A stretch of DNA of 64,000 bases from Candidatus Woesearchaeota archaeon (GTDB lineage Archaea > Nanobdellota > Nanobdellia > Woesearchaeales > GW2011-AR9), in the NCBI GenBank assembly GCA_018655525.1, contig JABIJM010000002.1, positions 29,827 to 93,826 of the forward strand, written 5' to 3'. Below are positions 63,910 through 64,000 of this stretch, piece after piece (positions within the stretch are counted from its first letter, which is position 1; each line of letters opens with the position of its first letter). The position numbers and the translations under genes were made by a program. Under the pieces are notes generated by a model that had not been told where the DNA came from, ran no database searches, and was given only the letters and a program-made list of their open reading frames with translations.

Positions 63910-64000
63910 ACTTCAAAAATTCTGTTTAATTAGTTAATTTAATATATCTCTTAAATCTATGTCTTCTTCATGTCTTTTAATTTTTGGATGAAGAAAAGAA

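Noticed and set aside
59438-63910. Calling the locus an integron with attC sites.
   Set aside because: No integrase is present in the window. I could not verify the R''-L''/L'-R' attC architecture or a GTTRRRY core by eye. It is kept as a hypothesis in the findings and not annotated as a feature.
63934-64000. Open frames at the right edge: plus-strand ATG at 63959, and minus-strand ...HPKIKRHEEDIDLRDILN-stop ending at 63934.
   Set aside because: Each has only about 14-21 codons in the window, which is too few to decide which, if either, is a real gene.
1-64000. rRNA genes, RNase P/SRP RNA, reverse transcriptase/DGR components, integrases and transposases.
   Set aside because: None could be recognised. 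No extended GC-rich RNA-like blocks were seen beyond those reported, and no RT (YxDD), DDE or tyrosine-recombinase motifs were found in any long ORF.

Overview
AT-rich (about one-third GC by eye), gene-dense archaeal chromosome segment. Archaeal identity is supported by Spt4, Spt5/NusG, SecE, Rpo7/RpoE', TFS, eS24, eS31, eL15, uS10, EF-1alpha, archease, Bud32, FtsZ, intron-containing tRNAs, and TTTATAAA TATA boxes ending 21-26 nt upstream of many ATGs, which implies leaderless mRNAs. The small proteins, patchy metabolism, eroded ribosomal operon context, giant N-glycosylation-sequon-rich surface proteins and many ORFans suggest a DPANN-like small-genome archaeon; this is inference, not proven. 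Recognisable content: a 5'-truncated beta-helix surface protein with glycosyl-enzyme neighbours; ftsZ; the rpoE'-spt4-rps24e-rps27ae operon; DNA-repair glycosylases (nth, mutY, two family-4 UDG paralogs); thioredoxin and DsbA-like proteins; a thyA-folA-tmk-like operon; several eukaryotic-like and APH-like kinases, one a predicted pseudokinase; a RelE/ParE toxin-antitoxin pair; an ArmA/Rmt (FmrO)-like rRNA methyltransferase; SppA plus a 1219-aa membrane-anchored subtilase; a membrane pyrophosphatase; and three interrupted tRNA genes, two of them with non-canonical T-arm introns. The most unusual structure is at 59.4-63.9 kb. There, same-polarity repeat modules of about 100-170 nt delimit single ORFs (an MFS transporter and three ORFans) in a cassette-array-like arrangement, with no recombinase visible in the window. 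No rRNA genes and no CRISPR arrays were seen. All functional calls come from motif recognition by eye, without database searches.
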